From NCBI GenBank assembly GCA_963705725.1, contig CAVPKM010000018.1, forward strand, positions 70,860 through 134,859: 64,000 bases of DNA, read 5' to 3'. The position numbers and the translations under genes are program-made. The number at the start of each line of letters is the position of its first letter. The first letter of the stretch is position 1. Below, in pieces: positions 42,614 to 52,114 of this stretch. The stretch is from an uncultured Gammaproteobacteria bacterium (GTDB lineage: Bacteria > Pseudomonadota > Gammaproteobacteria > UBA6002). The notes beneath the pieces were generated by a model. It had not been told where the DNA came from. It searched no databases and saw only the letters and a list, made by a program, of their open reading frames with translations.

Positions 42614-42639
42614 AAAATCCTCGATCATTATTATTAATT

Positions 42640-43524
42640 TTACGTGTCTATCTGTTGTAAAATTCCGCGTAAGGTCGCTTGAGATTGTTCCCCTAACCTT
42701 GTTAAAGGTAGGCGAATCCCCCCTTCAATCTTACCCATCTCTTGTAATACCCATTTAACAGGGATGGGATTAGATTCGACAAATAAATGCTGATGTAGTG
42801 GCATTAATTTATTTTGCAGCGCTTTTGCATGACTTATTTCTTTATGAAACACCGCCTCACACATATCATTCATTAAAGCTGGTGCAACATTCGCTGTGAC
42901 AGAGATGACGCCCTTGCCTCCCGCCAAAAGAAAATCCAAGGCTGTCGCATCATCGCCACTATACAAATCTAATTTTGAATGTGTCATTGCCAGAATTTCA
43001 GGAACGCGCGCAACCTCTCCTGTCGCTTCTTTTAAACCAATAATATTCGGAATTTTTGCTAATTTTCCAATGGTTTCAGGTAGTAAATCACAACCCGTTC
43101 GAGAAGGCACATTATAGAGTATAATGGGAATGGCGACCTTGCCTGCAACCATAGAAAAATGCTGAAGTAAGCCTTCCTGGGTCGGCTTATTATAATAAGG
43201 GGTCACTAAAAGGCATGCATCTACTCCCGCTTCCATCGCTTTCTTGGTCAGCATGACCGTTTCAATCGTGGAATTCGTACCCGTTCCTGCAATCACCGGA
43301 ATTCGATTATCTACTTGCTTAACAGCAAATTTCAATACCGCTTCTCGCTCCTCGGTAGTAAGCGTAGCGGCTTCTCCGGTTGTCCCCAAAATAACCAGCG
43401 CTTTTGTTCCATTTTCAATCTGCCACTCAATTAAATCTTTGAAGCGATTGAAATCAACTGAAGTATCCTCGTGCATGGGTGTGATAATGGCAACCATACT
43501 TCCGTGAAACATAAACTTCTCCAA
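42640..43524 (-). CDS. dapA: 4-hydroxy-tetrahydrodipicolinate synthase
   Basis: GTTGE, LYNVPSRTG, IIGLKEA. Confidence 0.98.
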   Translation of the reverse strand: MEKFMFHGSMVAIITPMHEDTSVDFNRFKDLIEWQIENGTKALVILGTTGEAATLTTEEREAVLKFAVKQVDNRIPVIAGTGTNSTIETVMLTKKAMEAGVDACLLVTPYYNKPTQEGLLQHFSMVAGKVAIPIILYNVPSRTGCDLLPETIGKLAKIPNIIGLKEATGEVARVPEILAMTHSKLDLYSGDDATALDFLLAGGKGVISVTANVAPALMNDMCEAVFHKEISHAKALQNKLMPLHQHLFVESNPIPVKWVLQEMGKIEGGIRLPLTRLGEQSQATLRGILQQIDT

Positions 43525-43639
43525 ATAAAAAGAAGAACGATTAAAGATGCCTGCTCAATGAGGAAAGAAAAGTTCGCATCTTGGAGTGAAATGGGTATAG
43601 TAATGAGGGAGGCCAACAAAAACAAGAGAAACCTGCAAT

Positions 43640-44158
43640 ATGGAAAATTTACTAATTACGACCATATGTCGCCACACCCATTCTGTTTTTCTAGAATTGA
43701 GTAAAATTGCAAGCAAATATGAATGCTATATAAACTATGGGCAGCTTTTCACTTTAGGCCTAGATCATTCGCTGCTAATGCAAATATCGGGCAATTGGAA
43801 CCATATCGCAAAAATTGAAGCCACACTTCCCGCCTTAGCTAAAAAGCTTGAAGTTGAGCTACTTTTTAAGCGCACCCCTCAGGAAAAAGCGGATCAGCCC
43901 TTTCTCCCTTATCAAATTGAATTAATGGCGATTAACCAACCTGGTATCGTTTTCGAAGTTGCTGATTTTTTGAATACCATCGAGCTTCCCATACAAAAAC
44001 TCGAAATTACCAGCCGTTCTTATCGACAAACGCTTATATTAAAGATGAACCTAGATGTTGACTTATCCGCTGACAATAATATTGCAGATATCCGTGAACA
44101 ATTTTTATTATTTTGCGATGAATTGAATCTGGATGGCACCCTAGAACCAAAAAAATAG
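43640..44158 (+). CDS. gcvR: GcvR-like tandem ACT-domain protein
   Basis: Two ACT-like units; divergent from dapA as in other gammaproteobacteria. Confidence 0.75.
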   Translation: MENLLITTICRHTHSVFLELSKIASKYECYINYGQLFTLGLDHSLLMQISGNWNHIAKIEATLPALAKKLEVELLFKRTPQEKADQPFLPYQIELMAINQPGIVFEVADFLNTIELPIQKLEITSRSYRQTLILKMNLDVDLSADNNIADIREQFLLFCDELNLDGTLEPKK

Positions 44159-44196
44159 ATAACTGTTTAGCACAGGGTTGAATAGTTATCATTACG

Positions 44197-44664
44197 CTAG
44201 GTTTTCAGCTGGTTAATAATCGACACCATCTCAAAGGCACAATCAGCTGCATCCCTGCCGGCATGAGAATGTTTGCCTCCGGCTCGATCTAATGCTTGTG
44301 CTAAATTTTCTGTGGTGAGTACTCCAAAAATGACAGGAAGATCACCAGTCAGAGCGACTTGTTGGCAGCCATCACTGACTTGTTTAGAGACCCAATCATA
44401 ATGGCCTGTCTCCCCCCTAATTACTGCCCCTAACGCGATGATTGCAGAATATTGTTTTGATTGTGCTAACTGTTTTGCAATGATGGGAATTTCCACCGCA
44501 CCTGGCACCCAAACCAATGTGATTAATTCATTTGGAATTTCTAATTCATTTAATCGCTGAACCGCGCCCTCACAAAGTTTTTGGGTTACTTGCTCATTAA
44601 AGCGACTGATAACAATAGCAACTGGGAACGGCCGACCAAGATCTTTAGCATTAATTAGTTTCAT
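44197..44664 (-). CDS. ribH: Lumazine synthase
   Basis: SRFN, VPGAVEIP, LGAVIRGETGHY, PVIFGVLT. Confidence 0.97.
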   Translation of the reverse strand: MKLINAKDLGRPFPVAIVISRFNEQVTQKLCEGAVQRLNELEIPNELITLVWVPGAVEIPIIAKQLAQSKQYSAIIALGAVIRGETGHYDWVSKQVSDGCQQVALTGDLPVIFGVLTTENLAQALDRAGGKHSHAGRDAADCAFEMVSIINQLKT

Positions 44665-45896
44665 TAATTTTCCTTTTCTTCATTTTCAAAGGTAATGATA
44701 TGCCCCAACTTATCGCGTTTAGTTCGTAAGTAAGCAATATTATGGGGATTAGGTAAAATTTCAAGCGGTTCACGAGAGACAATTTCAATGCCATAACGAA
44801 TAAGCCCCGAAAGCTTAGCGGGATTGTTAGTCAGCAGCCGGACTTTTGTCACGCCAAGAAGTTTGAGTATTTGTGCACCAATGCCATAATCCCTCTCGTC
44901 TGCGGAAAAACCTAGCTGATGGTTGGCCTCAACCGTATCCATTCCAGCGTCTTGCAGAGCATAAGCACGAATTTTATTTCCTAAACCAATACCGCGACCC
45001 TCTTGGCGTAAATAGAGTATGATGCCTCCTTCCTTTTCTAACTTTGTTAATGCGGATTTGAGTTGCAAACCACAATCACACCGAAATGATCCAAATGTGT
45101 CTCCGGTTAAGCATTCAGAATGAATTCGAACCAAGGGTGGTTGCTTAGGATCGATGGGTCCCTTAACTAAGGCAAGATGGTGCGCTTTATCGATATGACT
45201 TTCAAAAGTATGAATTTTAAAATTGCCATTTTCTCTTGTTGGTAAATTTGCGACGGCAATTTCATTGACAATACTTTCATTTTTTATTCTGTAAGCGGTT
45301 AAATCTTCAATTGATATAATTTTAATATTATGCTGTTTTGAAAATGGGATAAGGTCAGAGATTCTTGCCATTGAACCATCATCATTTAACACTTCGCAAA
45401 TCACTGCTTGTGGTTTTAGACCAGCAAGGCGCATTAAATCCGTGCTGCCTTCAGTATGTCCCGCTCTCACTAATACCCCTCCCTCACGCGCACGTAAGGG
45501 AAATACATGTCCCGGAGTCATCACATCTGCGCTGGTGGAATTTTCATTAATCGCCACCTTGATGGTATGAGCTCGTTCTTTTGCACTCACCCCTGTGGTA
45601 ATCCCTGATGCTGCTTCAATGCTAATTGTAAAAGGGGCATGGGTGGCATTGACATTTCTTTTTGCCACCATAGGGAGAGCCAAACGCTCAGTATCTGCCT
45701 CTGTTAATGCCAAGCAGACCAAGCCTCTTGCATACTTTATCATAAAGTTCACAATTTCTGGCGTCACCTTTTGTGCAGAAACAATAATATCACCCTCATT
45801 TTCACGAGATTCATCATCCACTAAGATGACCATTCGACCTTCTCGAAGGTCTTCTAATGCTTCTTCAATTGAAGCTAAATGTGAGTTGTTATTCAT
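44664..45896 (-). CDS. ribBA: Bifunctional DHBP synthase / GTP cyclohydrolase II
   Basis: DDESRENEGD, RAGHTE, RIHSECLTGD...RCDCG, QEGRGIGL. Confidence 0.98.
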   Translation of the reverse strand: MNNNSHLASIEEALEDLREGRMVILVDDESRENEGDIIVSAQKVTPEIVNFMIKYARGLVCLALTEADTERLALPMVAKRNVNATHAPFTISIEAASGITTGVSAKERAHTIKVAINENSTSADVMTPGHVFPLRAREGGVLVRAGHTEGSTDLMRLAGLKPQAVICEVLNDDGSMARISDLIPFSKQHNIKIISIEDLTAYRIKNESIVNEIAVANLPTRENGNFKIHTFESHIDKAHHLALVKGPIDPKQPPLVRIHSECLTGDTFGSFRCDCGLQLKSALTKLEKEGGIILYLRQEGRGIGLGNKIRAYALQDAGMDTVEANHQLGFSADERDYGIGAQILKLLGVTKVRLLTNNPAKLSGLIRYGIEIVSREPLEILPNPHNIAYLRTKRDKLGHIITFENEEKEN

Positions 45897-46489
45897 TCAC
45901 GCATACCACTTAAAATTGATTGGTTGACCAGTTTTGCCAAGTAATCATACTCTATATTGACAATACTGTTTTCTTTTAATTTTCCAAGATTAGTCATTTT
46001 CAGGGTATGAGGAATAAGCATGACAGTAAAATACCCTGTTAAAATTTCATTTAGCGTTAAACTCACGCCATTAATCGCTATGCTCCCTTTTCTAACTAAA
46101 AAGGATGTAAAGGTTTCTTGAAGATACTCAAAGGTCATTGCTAAAAATTCAGACTCCTGAATAATGGCTTTAACACGACACATTCCGTCAACGTGTCCTG
46201 TGACGAAATGACCACCTAATCGATCGTTTAATCGTAAAGACCGTTCTAAATTAACTGCTATTCCTTCCACATAGGAACAAGCGATAGTTAGCTTTAGTGT
46301 TTCTGGTGATAACTCCACAGAAAAACAAGGATAATCAATATCGACAATTGTCAGGCAAACGCCATCAATAGCAATACTTTCTCCTAACGTTAAATCTGTA
46401 AATTTTGAACTAATTGTTAGGCGAATTTTATTTTCACTTTTGTCAATTGCTTTAATTTGACCGTGATGATCAATGATGCCTGTAAACAT
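45893..46489 (-). CDS. ribE: Riboflavin synthase alpha chain
   Basis: MFTGII, GGHFVTGHVD, GSIAINGVSLT. Confidence 0.97.
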   Translation of the reverse strand: MFTGIIDHHGQIKAIDKSENKIRLTISSKFTDLTLGESIAIDGVCLTIVDIDYPCFSVELSPETLKLTIACSYVEGIAVNLERSLRLNDRLGGHFVTGHVDGMCRVKAIIQESEFLAMTFEYLQETFTSFLVRKGSIAINGVSLTLNEILTGYFTVMLIPHTLKMTNLGKLKENSIVNIEYDYLAKLVNQSILSGMRE

Positions 46490-46508
46490 AGTGTTAACCT
46501 CAATATAT

Positions 46509-47579
46509 TTAATAATGCCACTTTATCTCAGTTGCTACATCTTTCCCTAACTTAAACCAGCGAATTGACTTGCTATTGTTGAATAAATCCATGGATTGAG
46601 TAAAGGCAGGGTATGCAGTTGGGCCAAGTAATATAGGTGCAATGTAGAGCAAGGCTTTATTAACCATTTGCGCATGGATTAACGAAGAAAAAAGTTTACT
46701 GCCCGCTTCTATCCAAAGGTCATGCACCCCATCTTTGCCAATATGTTGCATAATTTCAAACAGGCTCATCCCTTCCTCTGTTCGGGTAATTTGATATAAG
46801 TTTGCCCCCATTTTTTTGTAATTTGCTATTTTCTCGTAATTAACTTCTGAGTGAAAAAGGGTTAGGCTGGCTGCGGTTTTAAATATTTTAGCATGAGGTG
46901 ACAAAGTCAGATTCGTATCCAAAATGTAAAGGGGTTTAGCGATATGTCGACGACCCAGTCTCACATTTAATGAAGGATTATCCCGATTGATGGTCACAGC
47001 TGTAGTCATCACTGCATCTGCTTGCAAACGCTGCCGGTGAGTATAACGGTTCGCATTCTTTCCTGTAATGGCAACGGGCCCACCTTGAGGATCCGCTATT
47101 TTTGCATCTAATGAAAGCGCAAGCTTATAGGTAACAAGTGGTCTCTTGGTTTGAATCCAGTAACAATAACTTTCATAAAAGGTTTGTATTTCGGGTAGAT
47201 CAATTTGCAAACAATCCACACCCTGATCCTTTAGAAATTGATAACCCTGCCCTGCTACCTTAGGGTTGGGATCCAACTGACTAAATACAACTTTTTTTAT
47301 GCCCTTATTAACAATGAATTCACAACAAGGTGGGGTTCTACCCCAGTGGAAGCAGGGTTCTAAAGTAACATAAAGCGTTGAATTTTCTACTTCTTTAGTC
47401 GAGAGGGATTCACATGCAACCACTTCGGCATGTGGATGACCAGCAGCAAAATGCGTCCCCCTTGCTATTACTTGATTGTCCTTCACCAAAATTGCGCCAA
47501 CAGCCGGATTGGGAGCACAAAATCCTTTGCGAGTTTTCGCACAAGCAAGCGCTTCCAATAGAAATTTGTTATGCAACAT
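46509..47579 (-). CDS. ribD: Riboflavin biosynthesis deaminase/reductase
   Basis: PNPAVGA, HAE, TLEPCFHWGRTPPC, KLALSLD. Confidence 0.96.
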   Translation of the reverse strand: MLHNKFLLEALACAKTRKGFCAPNPAVGAILVKDNQVIARGTHFAAGHPHAEVVACESLSTKEVENSTLYVTLEPCFHWGRTPPCCEFIVNKGIKKVVFSQLDPNPKVAGQGYQFLKDQGVDCLQIDLPEIQTFYESYCYWIQTKRPLVTYKLALSLDAKIADPQGGPVAITGKNANRYTHRQRLQADAVMTTAVTINRDNPSLNVRLGRRHIAKPLYILDTNLTLSPHAKIFKTAASLTLFHSEVNYEKIANYKKMGANLYQITRTEEGMSLFEIMQHIGKDGVHDLWIEAGSKLFSSLIHAQMVNKALLYIAPILLGPTAYPAFTQSMDLFNNSKSIRWFKLGKDVATEIKWHY

Positions 47580-47676
47580 CCACCTCTAACTATTATATTC
47601 ATTAATTTTATATCTTTTGAATATAAAATTCATCTATTATTGCGACTGATTGCTAATTTTTTTAATTGATTGAAAA

Positions 47677-48837
47677 TTATGATGAAAAAGCATCTATTCC
47701 TGTAAGATATTTACCCAAGATCAAATGATGAATATTATCTGTACCTTCATAAGTGTAGACGGATTCTAGATTAACCATATGACGTATAATGGGATATTCT
47801 AAACTAATTCCACTTGCTCCAAGTAAATTACGAGCCATTCTTGCAATATTTAACGCTTCTCGGCAGCTATTCATTTTTGCCATGGAAATCATGACAGGAG
47901 AGGCTTTATTCTGATCTTTCAAACGGCCAAGACGCAAATTCAGGCATTGTGCTTTAATAATTTCAATAAACATATCACCCAGATCTTTTTGTACCAGTTG
48001 ATAATTGGCTATTAATTTATCAAATTGTCGACGAGTTAACGTGTAATCTAGGGCAGTCTCATAGCAAGACATTGCTGCACCGATAGCACCCCATGCAATC
48101 CCATATCGTGCTTGGTTTAAGCAGCTCAATGCCGCACCCAAGCCTTTTTTTGTGCCTGGCAAAAAATTTTCATCTGGCACAAAGCAATCGTCGAATATCA
48201 ACTCGCCAGTAGCCGAAGCCCTTAATGAGAATTTATGATGAATTTCCTTTACATGAAAGCCTGGAAAGTTTTTTTCCACCAAAAAGCCTCTTATTCCTTC
48301 TGTGGTTGTCGCCCAAACAATGGCAATATCTGCAAATGGCGCGTTGGTGATCCACGTTTTTGAACCATTTAACCGCCAACCTCCCTTAATTTTTTGTGCA
48401 ACTGTTTTCATCTGGCTAGGATCTGAACCCGCATCTGACTCAGTCAGACCAAAGCATCCGATAATGTCACCCAGTGCCATTCTCTGCAAGTATTGGCTTC
48501 TTTGTTCATCTGTGCCATATCGAAAAATTGGGTACATGCATAATGAATTTTGAACTGAAACAAAACTTCTGAGTGCAGAATCTGCTTTTTCTAATTCTTG
48601 ACAAACTAATCCATAGCTAACTGAATTAGATTCACTTCCTCCATAAGATGCGGGCAATGTCATTCCTAAAAAACCTAGCGCAGCAATATCTGAAATCACT
48701 TCTTTTGGAAAATAAGCATTCTCATTTGCTTCTTCAAATAACTTTTTAGGGAGATTGCCCACATATTTTCTTGCAGTATCCCGAATCATTATTTCTTCAT
48801 CTTGCAGCATTTCATCAAGATAAAAAAAATCTTCCAT
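47677..48837 (-). CDS. Acyl-CoA dehydrogenase, glutaryl-CoA dehydrogenase-like
   Basis: CFGLTESDAGSDP, GSKTWITN, YTYEGTDNIH. Confidence 0.88.
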   Translation of the reverse strand: MEDFFYLDEMLQDEEIMIRDTARKYVGNLPKKLFEEANENAYFPKEVISDIAALGFLGMTLPASYGGSESNSVSYGLVCQELEKADSALRSFVSVQNSLCMYPIFRYGTDEQRSQYLQRMALGDIIGCFGLTESDAGSDPSQMKTVAQKIKGGWRLNGSKTWITNAPFADIAIVWATTTEGIRGFLVEKNFPGFHVKEIHHKFSLRASATGELIFDDCFVPDENFLPGTKKGLGAALSCLNQARYGIAWGAIGAAMSCYETALDYTLTRRQFDKLIANYQLVQKDLGDMFIEIIKAQCLNLRLGRLKDQNKASPVMISMAKMNSCREALNIARMARNLLGASGISLEYPIIRHMVNLESVYTYEGTDNIHHLILGKYLTGIDAFSS

Positions 48838-48838
48838 A

Positions 48839-49255
48839 TTATTCGTTTTCTTTTGATTGAGGCTTGTCCACAGGAGAGAGGTGCTCCTCCTGATCGGACT
48901 GATCGGACTGATCGGAAGTTTTAGTCTCGGCAGGAGTTTCTACTACATTGCTAAAAGGAGGAGCCGCAGAACTTTGTGCTTGCTGCTTTTGGCGTAGTTC
49001 AACTTCAAGTTTACGAAACGCTTCAAGGTCTTGATATAAATCATTCAACAGCGTATTGATCTTGGTTAAATCTTTTCCCGCTTGCGCTTGTGCATTAGCT
49101 GTGGTCTGGAGCAATGTGCTAATTTGAACAATTTTAGCACCGATTGGGTCTCCTTCAGTGACATTGGGCGCCCCTCCCTCGGGATTAATAATAGTTTTAA
49201 TACTATTGACAATACCCTGCAAATCAAACTTTGAAAAATCCGGCATCTTAGGCAT
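48839..49255 (-). CDS. Hypothetical coiled-coil protein
   Basis: Open frame from MPKMPDF at 49255; no family recognised. Confidence 0.65.
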   Translation of the reverse strand: MPKMPDFSKFDLQGIVNSIKTIINPEGGAPNVTEGDPIGAKIVQISTLLQTTANAQAQAGKDLTKINTLLNDLYQDLEAFRKLEVELRQKQQAQSSAAPPFSNVVETPAETKTSDQSDQSDQEEHLSPVDKPQSKENE

Positions 49256-49316
49256 AATTGTGCTCTCCGCAATAAATAAACTATTACAATATAGTAGCAC
49301 AAGTTAGGATAACGAT

Positions 49317-50324
49317 TTATTCCCTCGCCAAGGGTATGGCTTGTAACTTCAGTAACTTCTTTTTAAAATCGCATTTAAAGGGTTCGGAAAGTTCAATATG
49401 AATGGGTAAAACCCAATAGTTTTTTTTTGCTATAAATTTACATTTGACAGCATCTTTCTCTGTCATAATAAGCACATCATCAGATTCACAAAATGATAAA
49501 TCCCTTGCAGTAAAGTGATGATGGTCAGAAAAAGCATGTCCTGTAAATTTCAAACCCATCTCATTTAGCATAGTGAAGAATCGTTCGGGATGACCAATTC
49601 CTGCTACAGCATGAATCCGTTTAGAAGCAATGAATGACAAATTTAAATGTTCATCTGTGTTAATCAAGTTGTAAATCATTCCAGGCATCAGAAAAGCTGG
49701 ATAATAATTGCTCGGCTGTTTGCTATTGCTATTTGTTTCGATCACAAAGTCTACTGTAGACAATTTGCTCATTGGTTCACGTAAGGGACCTGCTGGCAAA
49801 CAAAATTTATTTCCCAATCCCCTTTCACCATCAATCACTAAAATTTCTATATCTTTTTTGAGTGCATGATGCTGCAAACCATCATCACTTAAAATAAGGT
49901 CACAATCGGTTTCTTCCAATAGCTTTTTAATCGCCATTTGACGTTTACGTGCTATCACAATCGGATGAATAGTCTTATTCGCAATTAATAGGGGCTCATC
50001 TCCAACTAAGTCAACATCGCTGGTTGGAAAAACGCGCATTGTTTTTTTATAACTACCTTTATAACCACGACTAATCACTCCTGGTCTATACCCTATTTTT
50101 GTTAAGTATTCAGCTAAAGCAATCACTAAAGGTGTTTTACCTGTGCCACCCACTGTGATATTGCCAACAATAATCACAGGAATAGGCGCATGATAAATTT
50201 TTTTTATCCCAGAAAAATAAAGGAATTGATGTAAGCGAAACATAAATTGATAGAAGTAAGAAAAAGGCAAGAGCAATCTCAATGCAGGATGCTTTGCATA
50301 CCAGGCATGGACGATTGATTTCAT
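49317..50324 (-). CDS. lpxK: Tetraacyldisaccharide 4'-kinase
   Basis: VGNITVGGTGKTP, SDDGLQH, MTEKDAVK. Confidence 0.97.
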   Translation of the reverse strand: MKSIVHAWYAKHPALRLLLPFSYFYQFMFRLHQFLYFSGIKKIYHAPIPVIIVGNITVGGTGKTPLVIALAEYLTKIGYRPGVISRGYKGSYKKTMRVFPTSDVDLVGDEPLLIANKTIHPIVIARKRQMAIKKLLEETDCDLILSDDGLQHHALKKDIEILVIDGERGLGNKFCLPAGPLREPMSKLSTVDFVIETNSNSKQPSNYYPAFLMPGMIYNLINTDEHLNLSFIASKRIHAVAGIGHPERFFTMLNEMGLKFTGHAFSDHHHFTARDLSFCESDDVLIMTEKDAVKCKFIAKKNYWVLPIHIELSEPFKCDFKKKLLKLQAIPLARE

Positions 50325-52114
50325 GCTGGCTCCTCTGACAAACTTTGTAACTTTGAATAATACCCATAGTTTTGAAGTAAGTCTGCGTGCGTGCCAGATT
50401 CTTTTATCACACCCCCATCAAGTACTAAAATTTTATCTGCTTTTTTAATGGTCGATAAACGATGTGCAATCACCAAGGTTGTCTTACCTTGCATCAACTG
50501 TTCCAAAGCAAGTTGTATGAGCCGTTCTGATTCATTATCTAATGCAGAGGTCGCTTCGTCTAAAATCAATATAGGTGCATTTTTCAGTAACGCCCTTGCA
50601 ATTGCAATACGCTGTCTTTGTCCACCAGATAGCAATACCCCATTTTCACCAATTAAAGTCTCAAAGCCATTTGGCAGCTGTTCGATAAATTCCAGTGCGC
50701 ATGCTGCTTCTGCCGCTTCTTTAATTCTTACATTTGATATTTTTTCTTCCATCCCGTAAGCGATATTATTTTTAATCGTATCATTGAAAAGACAAACTTG
50801 TTGAGAAACAAAGGCAAATTGATTACGCAAATCCTGTAATCGATAATCTCGAATATCCAGGCCGTCAATCAAGATTGATCCTGATTGAATGTCATAAAAA
50901 CGAGGCAATAAATTGGCAAGCGTTGACTTACCACTTCCTGACTTACCCACTAAAGCAATGGTTTGACCTGGTTGAATTTCAAAGTTGATATTTTTCAAAA
51001 CTAATTGTGAAGTCGTCTGATAGTTGAAATAGACTTGATGAAAAATTATTTTTCCCTTTGCTCTTATAAGTTGTTTTTTTCCAGTATCTTTTTCTGTTTC
51101 TTCATTAAGTAGTTTAAAAATACTACGAGCACCTGCAATCCCTTTTTGGATAATGCTATTGATTCGGCTAAGTCGACGCATCGGTCGCAATAATGAAACC
51201 ATTGCCCCCAATATGGCAACAAAACTTCCCGCAGAAATTTTCCAAGAAGGCAGGGTAGCTAAAAATAGAATAAACGAAATGGGTATGGCAGCTAACAACT
51301 GAACAGTAGAAGCTCCCAATGTATCAGTTACAATAATTTTCATTTCACGTTGTTGATTTAATTCGGTCGCGCTGACAAACTTATTTTGTTCATATTCCTC
51401 TCCACCAAAAGTACGAATCACCTTATAACCTTCTATTGCCTCTTCTGTAACATGTGTCACCTGCCCCATGGCTTTTTGTACATTGGTACTCAAAGTTTGC
51501 AGTCGCTTGCTGGTATAACGCGCCATCCACGCAATCAAGGGTGTCACAACTAAAAATAATGTACTGAGCTGCCAGCTATTTGAAAACATCACAACCAAGA
51601 ACCCAATAACGAGAAAACTTTCTTGCACAGCAGTTAGCAAGGCAGAAGTTGTTGCCTCTGCAACTTGCTCTACATTATAAATCATAAGGGATAACAGTTG
51701 CCCTGAGGTTTGCAGATCATAAAATGTTGCGGGTAATTTTAAAAAATGATTAAAAATTTTTTGCCTAAAATCTGTTATTACTCTTCTTCCAACCTTATTC
51801 ACGTAATAGTTAGAAATGAAGGTTAATATCCCTTTTAATAAAAAAATTCCCACAATAATAAATGGCAAATAGTGGATAAAACGTAAATCTCTAGCAATAA
51901 ATCCTTTATCAATAATAGGTCGAATCAAGGAAATAAAGCCTGCATCAGTAATTGATTCTAGAATTGTTGCAATTAATCCAAGGGAAAAAATAAATTTATA
52001 GGGCTTTAACGAATGAATTAAACGACGGTATATTGCTAATGAACTGCTTGAACCTTTCATATTATTCTCTTTTTTTGTCATGCCAAATTCTCTGATGGCT
52101 TTTTCGATATTCAT
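50321..52114 (-). CDS. msbA: Lipid A export ABC transporter MsbA (true start may be 52060)
   Basis: ABC TM domain plus GKSGSGKS and LSGGQRQR; upstream of lpxK. Confidence 0.95.
   Translation of the reverse strand: MNIEKAIREFGMTKKENNMKGSSSSLAIYRRLIHSLKPYKFIFSLGLIATILESITDAGFISLIRPIIDKGFIARDLRFIHYLPFIIVGIFLLKGILTFISNYYVNKVGRRVITDFRQKIFNHFLKLPATFYDLQTSGQLLSLMIYNVEQVAEATTSALLTAVQESFLVIGFLVVMFSNSWQLSTLFLVVTPLIAWMARYTSKRLQTLSTNVQKAMGQVTHVTEEAIEGYKVIRTFGGEEYEQNKFVSATELNQQREMKIIVTDTLGASTVQLLAAIPISFILFLATLPSWKISAGSFVAILGAMVSLLRPMRRLSRINSIIQKGIAGARSIFKLLNEETEKDTGKKQLIRAKGKIIFHQVYFNYQTTSQLVLKNINFEIQPGQTIALVGKSGSGKSTLANLLPRFYDIQSGSILIDGLDIRDYRLQDLRNQFAFVSQQVCLFNDTIKNNIAYGMEEKISNVRIKEAAEAACALEFIEQLPNGFETLIGENGVLLSGGQRQRIAIARALLKNAPILILDEATSALDNESERLIQLALEQLMQGKTTLVIAHRLSTIKKADKILVLDGGVIKESGTHADLLQNYGYYSKLQSLSEEPA

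Noticed and set aside
48890-48916. 9-bp x3 tandem repeat CTGATCGGA
   Set aside because: In-frame low-complexity SDQ repeat in a protein tail; no frame change or phase-variation potential.
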